From an uncultured virus (IMG/VR IMGVR_UViG_3300048547_000618) (taxonomy: Duplodnaviria; Heunggongvirae; Uroviricota; Caudoviricetes): DNA of 64,000 nucleotides. A model generated the notes under the pieces. It saw only the letters and a program-made list of their open reading frames with translations, did no database searches and had not been told where the DNA came from. The position numbers and the translations under genes are program-made. This document shows, piece after piece, positions 56,814 through 64,000 of the stretch. Position 1 is the stretch's first letter; the number at the start of each line of letters is the position of its first letter. Location of the stretch: the IMG/VR virus record IMGVR_UViG_3300048547_000618. One strand, 5' to 3'.

Positions 56814-57188
56814 TTAAACCTCCCTGTAATAATACACAATGTTATCTTCAGTATCATCGGTTCTTGTCCAATCAAGAACATCTTGACCTGTAAGTCCTGA
56901 AGCTTCCGCATATTTTTCAATTAACATATCGTTAAACTCTATTGTGTTTAATGGCCATTCATGATACGGGTCTATAATATTATTTGCCATATAGATGAGC
57001 CAAACGTAATCTACTGAGCCATAATAAAAATTTGCAATATCTTCAGCTCTTTCGCCTTCCTCAACTGTGTATGGCATATAAAGAAGCGGGTTGTTTTGTA
57101 GTCCTCTTACAAAACGGTTTCGCCGAGTAATATCTTTAACTCGCTTACCGTCATAAACTACTTCTGGAAAATTTTCAAAGTATTTCAT
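56814..57188 (-). CDS. gp53: gp53 N-terminal half (124 aa)
   Basis: YF..FP...Y, GERAEDIA..YYG..DY.WLI..ANNI.DP..EWPL match the gp53 LysM-like N-terminus. Confidence 0.85.
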   Translation of the reverse strand: MKYFENFPEVVYDGKRVKDITRRNRFVRGLQNNPLLYMPYTVEEGERAEDIANFYYGSVDYVWLIYMANNIIDPYHEWPLNTIEFNDMLIEKYAEASGLTGQDVLDWTRTDDTEDNIVYYYREV

Positions 57189-58214
57189 TTATTGCGCCCC
57201 TGAGTTTGGTATAACAAATTCCGCAGGATCTTCTTGGTAAGTTCCACCATATTCGTCCGCAGTTTGGATTTCCAGTTCCTGCATTGAAATTGATAATGAA
57301 ACTCCTCCAGGCTTGCCGCCTTTCATCATAGTTACACCACCTCCTGCGCCATAATCAACATCAATGCTTCTAACAAGTGATGTTTTAAATTTGATAAAGT
57401 GTTCAGGATTAACTCCTAGTAAATAAGTATCAACAGTAGCTGGGTAAGTAAGGAATGCTCTTGGAATTCCTTCAATATCACGAGTGTGTGGCAATATTTG
57501 TTTTTTAAATCCGTTTACGACTTCTTTAATTAAGCGCGAGTCTTCTTGACTTTCAGGATATAAATCCCAGTTAAATGTATGAGTGCGTAATTCAACTCCA
57601 TCAAAAGATAATGTTTCTCTTGGGTTAACAGTTTGCCCTGTTGTAATATCAATAGATCTGCCAATATCTCCTGGAAGTTTTGATCTTAAAAGATATTGAG
57701 CGCCAGTTGTCGCATCTCCTAATTCTGTTCCTAGGATACTTTTTACTAATCTACCAACACCGCTTCCACTGTCGTCGCCACTACCAGTTAACAGACTTGA
57801 ACCGCCTGCGCCTATTTGTTGAAGTAGCTCAGGAATATTTGAAATAGTCATTCCAGCCGCGCCGCCTGACATTAAATTCGACGCAGCACGGCTAATTGCT
57901 TCAGTTGTTTTATCTCTTTCAAAACCTTGAATAACAACGCCAGTACTATCAGTCAAAGTCCGCGGAAACGGTAACTGAATAGACGATATTCCTTTGATTG
58001 AACTACCGCGAGCTCTACCAGTTTGTCCAATAGATCCTGTCAATAAATCAAAACCAGCATTTAAGCCTTCATAAGAATATTCTTTAAATACAAACATGAT
58101 GCTATGAGCTAAACCGGTTGCAGGGAAAGATAAATTTCCAATTGCGCCGCGGCTACTACTCATTGCCTTTTTAGTTTGCGGCCTATGGCCTAAACCTTGG
58201 TCCTGAATTGGCAT
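57189..58214 (-). CDS. gp48: Baseplate tail-tube cap gp48
   Basis: NP...L.F.GV.LR.H.F.W.L.P.S..DS and C-terminal L.ISMQELEI.T motifs. Confidence 0.85.
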   Translation of the reverse strand: MPIQDQGLGHRPQTKKAMSSSRGAIGNLSFPATGLAHSIMFVFKEYSYEGLNAGFDLLTGSIGQTGRARGSSIKGISSIQLPFPRTLTDSTGVVIQGFERDKTTEAISRAASNLMSGGAAGMTISNIPELLQQIGAGGSSLLTGSGDDSGSGVGRLVKSILGTELGDATTGAQYLLRSKLPGDIGRSIDITTGQTVNPRETLSFDGVELRTHTFNWDLYPESQEDSRLIKEVVNGFKKQILPHTRDIEGIPRAFLTYPATVDTYLLGVNPEHFIKFKTSLVRSIDVDYGAGGGVTMMKGGKPGGVSLSISMQELEIQTADEYGGTYQEDPAEFVIPNSGAQ

Positions 58215-58232
58215 ATGGGCTTACCTTTTTCT

Positions 58233-58240
58233 TATAAATA
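58233..58240 (+). promoter_or_regulatory. T4-type late promoter TATAAATA (for gp4 operon)
   Basis: Exact consensus in the divergent intergenic gap. Confidence 0.8.
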
Positions 58241-58248
58241 TTATTACT

Positions 58249-58256
58249 TATTTATA
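58249..58256 (-). promoter_or_regulatory. T4-type late promoter TATAAATA (for gp48 operon)
   Basis: Exact consensus on the minus strand in the same gap. Confidence 0.8.
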
Positions 58257-58275
58257 TGGAAATGCGAGTGATGAT

Positions 58276-58740
58276 ATGACAACTAGAGGGCACAAAGGTA
58301 GGTTTAGGCCTAAAAATCCTGCTAAATACAAGGGTGATCCTAGTAACATTATTTATAGGTCGCTGTGGGAGTTTAAATTCTTTAGATATGTGGACATGCA
58401 CCCTGATATTATTTGGTGGCAATCTGAAGAAGTGATAGTACCTTATTATTCGCCAATTGACGGAAAAAGACATAGATATTTTCCAGATGTAATTATTAAT
58501 AAACGCGTTGGACCAGTAACAAAAACAGTGATGATTGAAATAAAACCGAAAGCACAAACAAGACCGCCTGACCCAAGAAAAAAAAATCAAACCAAAACGG
58601 GTGCAGTTTCAAGGCGTTATATAAATGAGGTTAAGACATACGGTATTAACGAAGCAAAATGGAAAGCAGCGCGTGGTTTTTGCGCAGACCGTGGTTGGGA
58701 ATTTGTAATTATGACAGAAGATCATTTAGGGATAAAATAA
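58276..58740 (+). CDS. gp4: Head completion protein gp4 (TnsA-like nuclease fold)
   Basis: KG.F.PKNP.KY.GD...IIYRS.WE, W.SEE..VPY..P.DG..HRYFPD, EIKP..QT and NEAKW.AA motifs. Confidence 0.95.
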   Translation: MTTRGHKGRFRPKNPAKYKGDPSNIIYRSLWEFKFFRYVDMHPDIIWWQSEEVIVPYYSPIDGKRHRYFPDVIINKRVGPVTKTVMIEIKPKAQTRPPDPRKKNQTKTGAVSRRYINEVKTYGINEAKWKAARGFCADRGWEFVIMTEDHLGIK

Positions 58741-59343
58741 ATGGCAGCAAAAGTATTTGATGATATTCTATTGAGAGGAGTTCGTGAAGGGCAAATACCG
58801 GCACGGACACAGGAAGCACGCGATTGGTATCGTAACCAAGCAGGGCAGATGCGCGGAGTAAGACAAGATCGCGTTATACGAGAAATGGGTTCAGACCGAT
58901 ACGAAAACCGGTTTAGACTAGGTAATATGTATATGTTTGGTTATGATCCAAAGCATAAAGCAACATTACCATATTATGATAGGTTTCCCCTCGTGTTTCC
59001 AATAAATAAAGCAGATGGCGGGTTTTTAGGAATTAACTTTCATTACTTACCTCCTGTACTACGAGCAAAATTAATGGATCAACTTTATACTATAACAACA
59101 AATAAAACATATAATGAAAATACACGATTAAGAGCAAGCTATGATTTATTGAATGGTACTGCAAAATTTAAAGAGTTTAGGCCAACAGTAAAACATTATC
59201 TCGCCAAACAATTGAAAACAAAATTGACTTATGTTGCTCCATCGGAATGGGACATCGCGTTGTTTTTACCAAGTCCTGCGTTTGTCGGTGCAAGTAAGCG
59301 TCAAGTTTATGCCGACTCGAGAAAAATTATAAGAGGAAGATGA
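58741..59343 (+). CDS. gp2: DNA end protector gp2
   Basis: MYMF.YDPKHK.TLPYYDRFPL, GF.G.NFHYL...LR and KHYL motifs. Confidence 0.92.
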   Translation: MAAKVFDDILLRGVREGQIPARTQEARDWYRNQAGQMRGVRQDRVIREMGSDRYENRFRLGNMYMFGYDPKHKATLPYYDRFPLVFPINKADGGFLGINFHYLPPVLRAKLMDQLYTITTNKTYNENTRLRASYDLLNGTAKFKEFRPTVKHYLAKQLKTKLTYVAPSEWDIALFLPSPAFVGASKRQVYADSRKIIRGR

Positions 59344-60107
59344 TGGCATTTAACATCACAGAATTTAAATCTACAATGAGCCAATTTGGTGGATTATCCC
59401 ACGCTGGTTTATTCGAAGTGACTATACAAGGAAGAGCTAGAAACTCATCCCAAATTACTCCGAGACAATTAACATTTTTCTGTAAGACAATGTCTATCCC
59501 AGGAATTACAATTAACACGGCCACTTACGATGTAACTGCAAAACTGCCACGAGAAATGCCAACAGGTATTGCTAATAATCCAGTCAATGGAATATTTTTA
59601 GTTGACTCAAGTCATGAAATATTAAAGTTTTTCCATTCTTGGGCTCAGAACGTTGTTAATTATAGTACTGCTGGCGGTGAATTGGCTGAAGTAAATGGTA
59701 TGCTACCGTTTGAGGTTGCGTACCGAGAAGATTATGCGGCAACGATCATAATTAAATTTTATAACCCGCATCCTACAGGAACTAACAACACTTATTATGA
59801 AACAGTATTGGAAGGAGCATTTCCAACTGCAATTGGTGAAATAGATTTATCATGGGAAAACAACGATAGCTATGCAACGTTGCCTGTATCGTTTTCTTAT
59901 GATAAAATTAGATTTACAGGGGAAGTACAAGGATCTCCAACCACAAGATTTAATCGCGGAACTGGTTTACTATCATTCTTAAATTCAGTAGGCTCTTTGG
60001 CTAATGTAGTAGGTCAAGGATTGAAATTTAATAGTGTACAAGATGCCGCAAACCGCTTGTTAAAATTTAGAAACTCGTGGGATAATATAACAAACTTTTT
60101 TAGATAA
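59340..60107 (+). CDS. gp54: Tail tube initiator gp54 / gp19-like paralog
   Basis: C....IPG..I.T, FF..W...V, AFP..I..I.LSW......LPV.FSY match the gp19-family tube fold; lies between gp2 and gp26. Confidence 0.7.
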   Translation: MMAFNITEFKSTMSQFGGLSHAGLFEVTIQGRARNSSQITPRQLTFFCKTMSIPGITINTATYDVTAKLPREMPTGIANNPVNGIFLVDSSHEILKFFHSWAQNVVNYSTAGGELAEVNGMLPFEVAYREDYAATIIIKFYNPHPTGTNNTYYETVLEGAFPTAIGEIDLSWENNDSYATLPVSFSYDKIRFTGEVQGSPTTRFNRGTGLLSFLNSVGSLANVVGQGLKFNSVQDAANRLLKFRNSWDNITNFFR

Positions 60108-60121
60108 TGGAGATATAAATT

Positions 60122-60823
60122 ATGGCTTTACCAAAAATTGATTTACCTATTTTTGAAGCAAAACTTCCATCTACCGGACGGACTATACAATATAGACCTT
60201 TTACGGTAAAAGAAGAAAAGATTATGCTGATTGCGCAAGAGGATGAAGATCCTTCGCAAGAAATGGTTGCGACAAAACAAGTAGTAAATAACTGTCTTAT
60301 AGATATGGACATAACTGAACTTGCAATGTTTGATCTTGAATACGTTTTCTTATTATTAAGATCGAGATCTGTTGATAATACAATCACGTTTGGTATCGTG
60401 GATCCTGACACAGATGAACCGGTTGAATTAACTATGGACATTGAAGAAATTAAACTACTTACACCTGAAGGTCATACTAATGAAATAAAAATTAATGATG
60501 ATTTTATGTTATACCTAAAGTATCCATCTATTGACGAATTTATTAAAATTGCTGAATCGGATCTTGAAGATCCTTTAATAAACTATATGATTTTAATATC
60601 TTGTTTAGATAAAATAGCATCAGAAGATGAGGTGCACGAGTTTAAAGATTATACTAGTGATGAAGTTGACCAATTTATGGAAAATATTCAAGGTGGAGTT
60701 ATCAGGGGAATACAAAACTTCTTTGAAACAATGCCAAAGCTACGCCATGAAATGAAATATACAAATAAAGAAGGTAATGAAAAAACATTCGTAATAGAAG
60801 GAATGAAATCTTTTTTCGTCTAG
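60122..60823 (+). CDS. gp26: Baseplate hub assembly protein gp26
   Basis: MALPKI..P.....LPSTG..I.YRPF.VKEEK, FD.EY.FL.LR.RSV, FFETMPKL and IEG..SFF motifs. Confidence 0.92.
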   Translation: MALPKIDLPIFEAKLPSTGRTIQYRPFTVKEEKIMLIAQEDEDPSQEMVATKQVVNNCLIDMDITELAMFDLEYVFLLLRSRSVDNTITFGIVDPDTDEPVELTMDIEEIKLLTPEGHTNEIKINDDFMLYLKYPSIDEFIKIAESDLEDPLINYMILISCLDKIASEDEVHEFKDYTSDEVDQFMENIQGGVIRGIQNFFETMPKLRHEMKYTNKEGNEKTFVIEGMKSFFV

Positions 60824-60882
60824 TGCTGAGTCATATAACTCTCGCTAATTATTATCAAATGATATTTAGTTTGGCTCAGCAC
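60811..60882 (+). promoter_or_regulatory. Candidate -1 programmed ribosomal frameshift signal
   Basis: In-frame heptamer T TTT TTC (60811-60817), a 5 nt spacer, then an 11 bp stem pairing 60823-60833 with 60872-60882. Confidence 0.65.
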
Positions 60883-60996
60883 CATAAATATTCGATAACA
60901 GAGATTGAAAATTTATTACCTTTTGAAAGAGATTTGTATTTTGGTATGTTAAGTGACTTTATACAGAAACAAAACGAAAAGAATGGGGTTGCGTAA
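60823..60996 (+). CDS. gp51: Baseplate hub assembly catalyst gp51 (57 aa; possibly made as a gp26 frameshift extension)
   Basis: Not in the ORF track. Translation from GTG: MLSHITLANYYQMIFSLAQHHKYSITEIENLLPFERDLYFGMLSDFIQKQNEKNGVA, carrying the gp51 QHHKYS..EIE...P.ER motif. Confidence 0.88.
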   Translation: MLSHITLANYYQMIFSLAQHHKYSITEIENLLPFERDLYFGMLSDFIQKQNEKNGVA

Positions 60997-62987
60997 TGGC
61001 AGAGCTCTCAGCTGAAACAACAGCGATAGTAGAAAGATTAAGAGCAGAAGGCGATTTGGTTCGTAATAGCGGAACCAACTCAATACGATCTGTGAAAATC
61101 AAATTAGACCGTTTCGATGGTTTGTTTACATCAATTCAAACAAACGTAGCAGAGCAAACTCAAATACTCAGACAGCAAGCGGGTATTCAAGAAGCTGCAG
61201 CTGAAAATCGAAAGCGTCAAGAAGACTTTGAAAATTTAAAAGCTGAACAGGAAATTGTTGAAAAAAAGAATGACCGAGCTGCACAAGAAGAACGTGATGC
61301 AAAAATGATAGATGGAATGCGAAATGCGTTTTCTTTAAAGAATTTGGCATTAGGGGCAGGTGGCGCTTTCCTAGGATATAATCTATTAAAAGGTGCTATT
61401 GACGAACAGTTTAATGGCGCATTTTCAAATATGGAAAAAGGTATCAGTGAATTTAATCCTGCAGTTATACAAGAAACATTCACTAATTTAAAAACTACTA
61501 TCGGTAATATGGATAAAACAATCGCTAATCTTAATTCAACAGTAGCAGGATTGCAAGAAGACATTGAAAAATTTAAAGAAGATATTACAAGCTTTGGTTT
61601 TTGGGTGGGGGCGATTACTTCAGTGATTGGTGCCCCGTTTCTTATTAATGCTACAAGAAAATTAGCACAAACATTAGATGAAATAAACGATAAAAGAATA
61701 GCAAGAAGAACACCTAACATTGATCCGATGCTCGACGAAAAAGGCCGAGGAAGTAAATACGCAAATTATGGAGAATCATTAAATAGAGCTGCTGAAGCTG
61801 AAAGAGTAAGACTGGCCGAGGTCGAAAGAGTTAAGGCAATAGAGGATGCCAGAAAAATAGAAACCGAAAGATTCAGAAGAGCCAATATGGTATCTCAGTT
61901 TACCCCAGAATTGTCAACATTTACACCAGAAGGCCCGGGGTATTTGCCTGACAGAATGTCTGTAGCAGGGTTTCAAACTGCTAATCAAAATAAACCTATT
62001 GTGCCTTCAATAGACAAGCCATTGACTGGTTTTAATAATAGTCCTACGCAGATCGGAAAACCCCAAGGCGCTACCACGTTTAAACCAACTGCTGCTGTAA
62101 AAGCAGCTCCTGCAAATACTAATAGAAGAGCCACAAAAAGCGACCTACAAAAATTGTTGCAAGATTACAATGATAAAATTCCTGCAAAATGGCGTAATGT
62201 TTTAATGAAAATCTTTGATTATTTGAATAGAGTAAACGTAGCATTTAAAGTAGTTGACTTAATTATGATTTTAAGCGCGTTGGAACAGACTGAAGAATCA
62301 CAGAGAACAAAACTATTAGGAACATGGCTTGGCGGCTTTATTGGTGCTGGTGGTGGCGGTTTAGCTGGCGGCGCTGCTGGACTGCTCGGCGGACCACTTG
62401 CGTGGCTTACAGTTCCTGCAGGTGGAATTGCTGGCGCAATTCTTGGCGGTCTTGCTGGAGATTATCTTGGCCTTAAAATTGTGGAATGGGCATTGGGTGA
62501 AACACCGCCACAAAGTGAAATTAACAAAGTTCAATCTCAAATTAATGATGCTCTTGGCACTTCACAACTGATGGCAGAAGCTGCAGCAAAATATGGAGGT
62601 GGTGGGCAAACTACTACATCTGCAAACTATGGACCTCCGGGTACTGGCGGCCTAGGTCTATTTGACGTGCCAGCCGCAGCTATATCTGGAATGGGAGTAG
62701 GATCGGGTAGGGTTTATCCAAATGCAAGGTTGAGCAGCGCTCAAGCAAGAAGAATTGTGAATGTTGCGCCAGGGTTTGAAACTAATGCTTTAGACGCGAT
62801 TGCGGATCTAGCTCTTCAAAATGGTAACACTGTTATTATTAAAGGTGGGGATCAAACTGTTTCACCAGTTATAACACAAAAAGGCGGTGATGCATTTGTT
62901 GAAGCTCCTACCATTATCGGTGGTCATATGGATAAAAATATGAACACTTACGCATCAGGTCCGTATCCTGGTACCGTGTATGATTAA
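60996..62987 (+). CDS. Tape-measure / hub protein, gp29-like (663 aa)
   Basis: Follows gp26-gp51; has coiled coils and hydrophobic Gly-zipper segments, and a length similar to T4 gp29. Confidence 0.6.
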   Translation: MAELSAETTAIVERLRAEGDLVRNSGTNSIRSVKIKLDRFDGLFTSIQTNVAEQTQILRQQAGIQEAAAENRKRQEDFENLKAEQEIVEKKNDRAAQEERDAKMIDGMRNAFSLKNLALGAGGAFLGYNLLKGAIDEQFNGAFSNMEKGISEFNPAVIQETFTNLKTTIGNMDKTIANLNSTVAGLQEDIEKFKEDITSFGFWVGAITSVIGAPFLINATRKLAQTLDEINDKRIARRTPNIDPMLDEKGRGSKYANYGESLNRAAEAERVRLAEVERVKAIEDARKIETERFRRANMVSQFTPELSTFTPEGPGYLPDRMSVAGFQTANQNKPIVPSIDKPLTGFNNSPTQIGKPQGATTFKPTAAVKAAPANTNRRATKSDLQKLLQDYNDKIPAKWRNVLMKIFDYLNRVNVAFKVVDLIMILSALEQTEESQRTKLLGTWLGGFIGAGGGGLAGGAAGLLGGPLAWLTVPAGGIAGAILGGLAGDYLGLKIVEWALGETPPQSEINKVQSQINDALGTSQLMAEAAAKYGGGGQTTTSANYGPPGTGGLGLFDVPAAAISGMGVGSGRVYPNARLSSAQARRIVNVAPGFETNALDAIADLALQNGNTVIIKGGDQTVSPVITQKGGDAFVEAPTIIGGHMDKNMNTYASGPYPGTVYD

Positions 62988-62989
62988 TT

Positions 62990-63018
62990 AAAAAAAGGGG
63001 ACCCGAAGATCCCCTTTT
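62990..63018. terminator. Intrinsic terminator with cUUCGg tetraloop between convergent genes
   Basis: Minus strand reads GGGGATC-TTCG-GGTCCCC-TTTTTTT. The plus strand has a weaker hairpin with TTTT, so it may be bidirectional. Confidence 0.9.
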
Positions 63019-63020
63019 CC

Positions 63021-63239
63021 TTAATCTTTATTTGAAACAAACGAATACATTTCTGTAGCTTTTTTCGTGAGCTCCTCGACTGAATATAGTTCAGTCATCT
63101 TTTGATATTCTTCAAATTGAATTTGACCTAATTCCATCATTTTGGCTGCATAGATATGGTTAGTTTCATGGATTTGATCCATATACTCTTTAGCCATCTG
63201 CAACATATCTGCACGAATTTCAAAAGGGTTTTTACTCAT
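63021..63239 (-). CDS. Conserved small phage protein (72 aa)
   Basis: MSKNPFEIR..ML.MAK...A..MY.FV pattern, seen in T4-like phage hypothetical proteins (recalled, not searched). Confidence 0.7.
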   Translation of the reverse strand: MSKNPFEIRADMLQMAKEYMDQIHETNHIYAAKMMELGQIQFEEYQKMTELYSVEELTKKATEMYSFVSNKD

Positions 63240-63448
63240 TATTTCATTACCTTTGCTGCGGTTTCACCAGATGCATTCATAAAATCAGTCATAGATTTCA
63301 TTGCCACTTTAGTAAAAGATGTTTGCGCTTCAATAAAAGCATGTAGTGGCGCAGACAATTTTTCGTCTTTTACCAATGTATCAACCATTGTTTTCTTTGT
63401 AGATTGAATATGGTCGATAAAGTAGTTAGTTGTAAAGTCGTTAAACAT
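63239..63448 (-). CDS. Hypothetical amphipathic helical protein (69 aa)
   Basis: AGGAG SD; TAATG coupling to the downstream gene. Confidence 0.65.
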   Translation of the reverse strand: MFNDFTTNYFIDHIQSTKKTMVDTLVKDEKLSAPLHAFIEAQTSFTKVAMKSMTDFMNASGETAAKVMK

Positions 63449-63470
63449 TTTTGTTCTCCTGTGTGTTGTG

Positions 63471-63665
63471 TTATCCGCCTCCTGCGAAGCGGTCCTTTGG
63501 TTTATACCAATTCTTTTGATGAAAAATTTTGGCTCTAAGATTTGTAATAGCTTCTATTTCAAATCCTACAACGCCGGTACGCTGATGTTGTAATACAATC
63601 AACGCTTCATCAATCATATTTATATCATCAACATCTAAGTTGAAACTGGTATTAGGTTTTACCAT
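63471..63665 (-). CDS. Hypothetical protein (64 aa)
   Basis: GAGG SD and TAATG coupling; F.L...D...I..AL...HQK.WY.PK pattern. Confidence 0.65.
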   Translation of the reverse strand: MVKPNTSFNLDVDDINMIDEALIVLQHQRTGVVGFEIEAITNLRAKIFHQKNWYKPKDRFAGGG

Positions 63666-64000
63666 TACGTTCTATTACCTCTTAGTGCAAAAAACATTCC
63701 ACCTACCCATAATAAAACATGAAAGTTATCATATAGAATTACATCCATAAAGCTTTCAGGTTCGCCGATCCAAATAACGCCTGTCATAATACTACAGATT
63801 GTAATACCACTAAACCGCGTAGTTAGATCGCCCAATTCTTTAAACCAATTGGCAAGTACTCCGCCAACGAGTAATCCGACTCCTGAACCAATTTCACCAT
63901 AAACAACAAAGACCCAAACAATTAGTGGTAGTGCAAAGGACTCTGCTGTTCCAGCATCAACGGGCCATTTATCAAGGCCCTGTTGAAGGAATACGATGGC
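63665..64000 (-). CDS. DoxX-like membrane protein, 3' part (runs off window end)
   Basis: Not in the ORF track. Translation: ...AIVFLQQGLDKWPVDAGTAESFALPLIVWVFVVYGEIGSGVGLLVGG...LTTRFSG...LLWVGGMFFALRGNRT*. The G..K / E...G..L.GG / TR pattern fits DoxX. Confidence 0.7.
   Translation of the reverse strand, partial: AIVFLQQGLDKWPVDAGTAESFALPLIVWVFVVYGEIGSGVGLLVGGVLANWFKELGDLTTRFSGITICSIMTGVIWIGEPESFMDVILYDNFHVLLWVGGMFFALRGNRT

Noticed and set aside
56806..56826. Stop-codon reassignment or an intron at the gp53 split
   Set aside because: The stops are TAA TAA, the commonest terminator in the window. TAG and TGA also end genes normally, and no intervening sequence exists to splice.
60114..60121. 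TATAAATT upstream of gp26 as a late promoter
   Set aside because: It has a mismatch and sits between the SD and the start codon, too close to serve this gene.
1125..61720. Many short overlapping or antisense ORFs in the track (e.g. 9377..9709, 44371..44805, 51189..51653, 61217..61720)
   Set aside because: They are shadows of long genes with strong codon bias, without recognisable motifs.
1..64000. tRNA, rRNA or mobile elements
   Set aside because: Intergenic gaps are under about 100 nt, and no cloverleaf, transposase or homing endonuclease was recognised; gp4 is the structural TnsA-like protein.

Overview
The window is the virion-structure (baseplate, tail and fibre) region of a large, AT-rich T4-like myophage. 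It is probably marine with an alphaproteobacterial host, but that is inference. The minus strand (58214 to 1) carries gp48, a gp53 split into two ORFs, a gp27-like hub, gp5 with a C-terminal muramidase, an M15 peptidase, gp25, gp6, a gp7-like protein, a gp9/10-like protein with a cupredoxin domain, an S8 protease, gp8 and a VrlC/DUF4815-like protein. About 35 kb of fibre and appendage genes follow: a 278 aa S74 fibre plus Gly-rich adhesin, a 3541 aa repeat protein, a 1545 aa collagen, 1298, 765 and 3200 aa fibres and two paralogous small proteins. The plus strand (58276-62987) carries gp4, gp2, gp54/19-like, gp26, gp51 and a gp29-like tape measure. A UUCG terminator separates these from small minus-strand genes, including a partial DoxX-like membrane protein. 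T4-type late promoters (TATAAATA) precede several operons. The most notable observations are: (1) a complete candidate -1 ribosomal frameshift signal joining gp26 to gp51 just before the tape-measure gene; (2) a subtilisin with a roughly 320 aa zincin-like domain nested between its catalytic Asp and His; (3) gp53 cleanly split by TAA-TAA with its own SD; (4) a Gly-X-Gln collagen ending in an autocleaving S74 chaperone; (5) a type-1-copper-like site in a baseplate-attached protein; (6) an apparent head-to-tail chain of fibre proteins. All family assignments come from motif recognition by eye; no searches were run.
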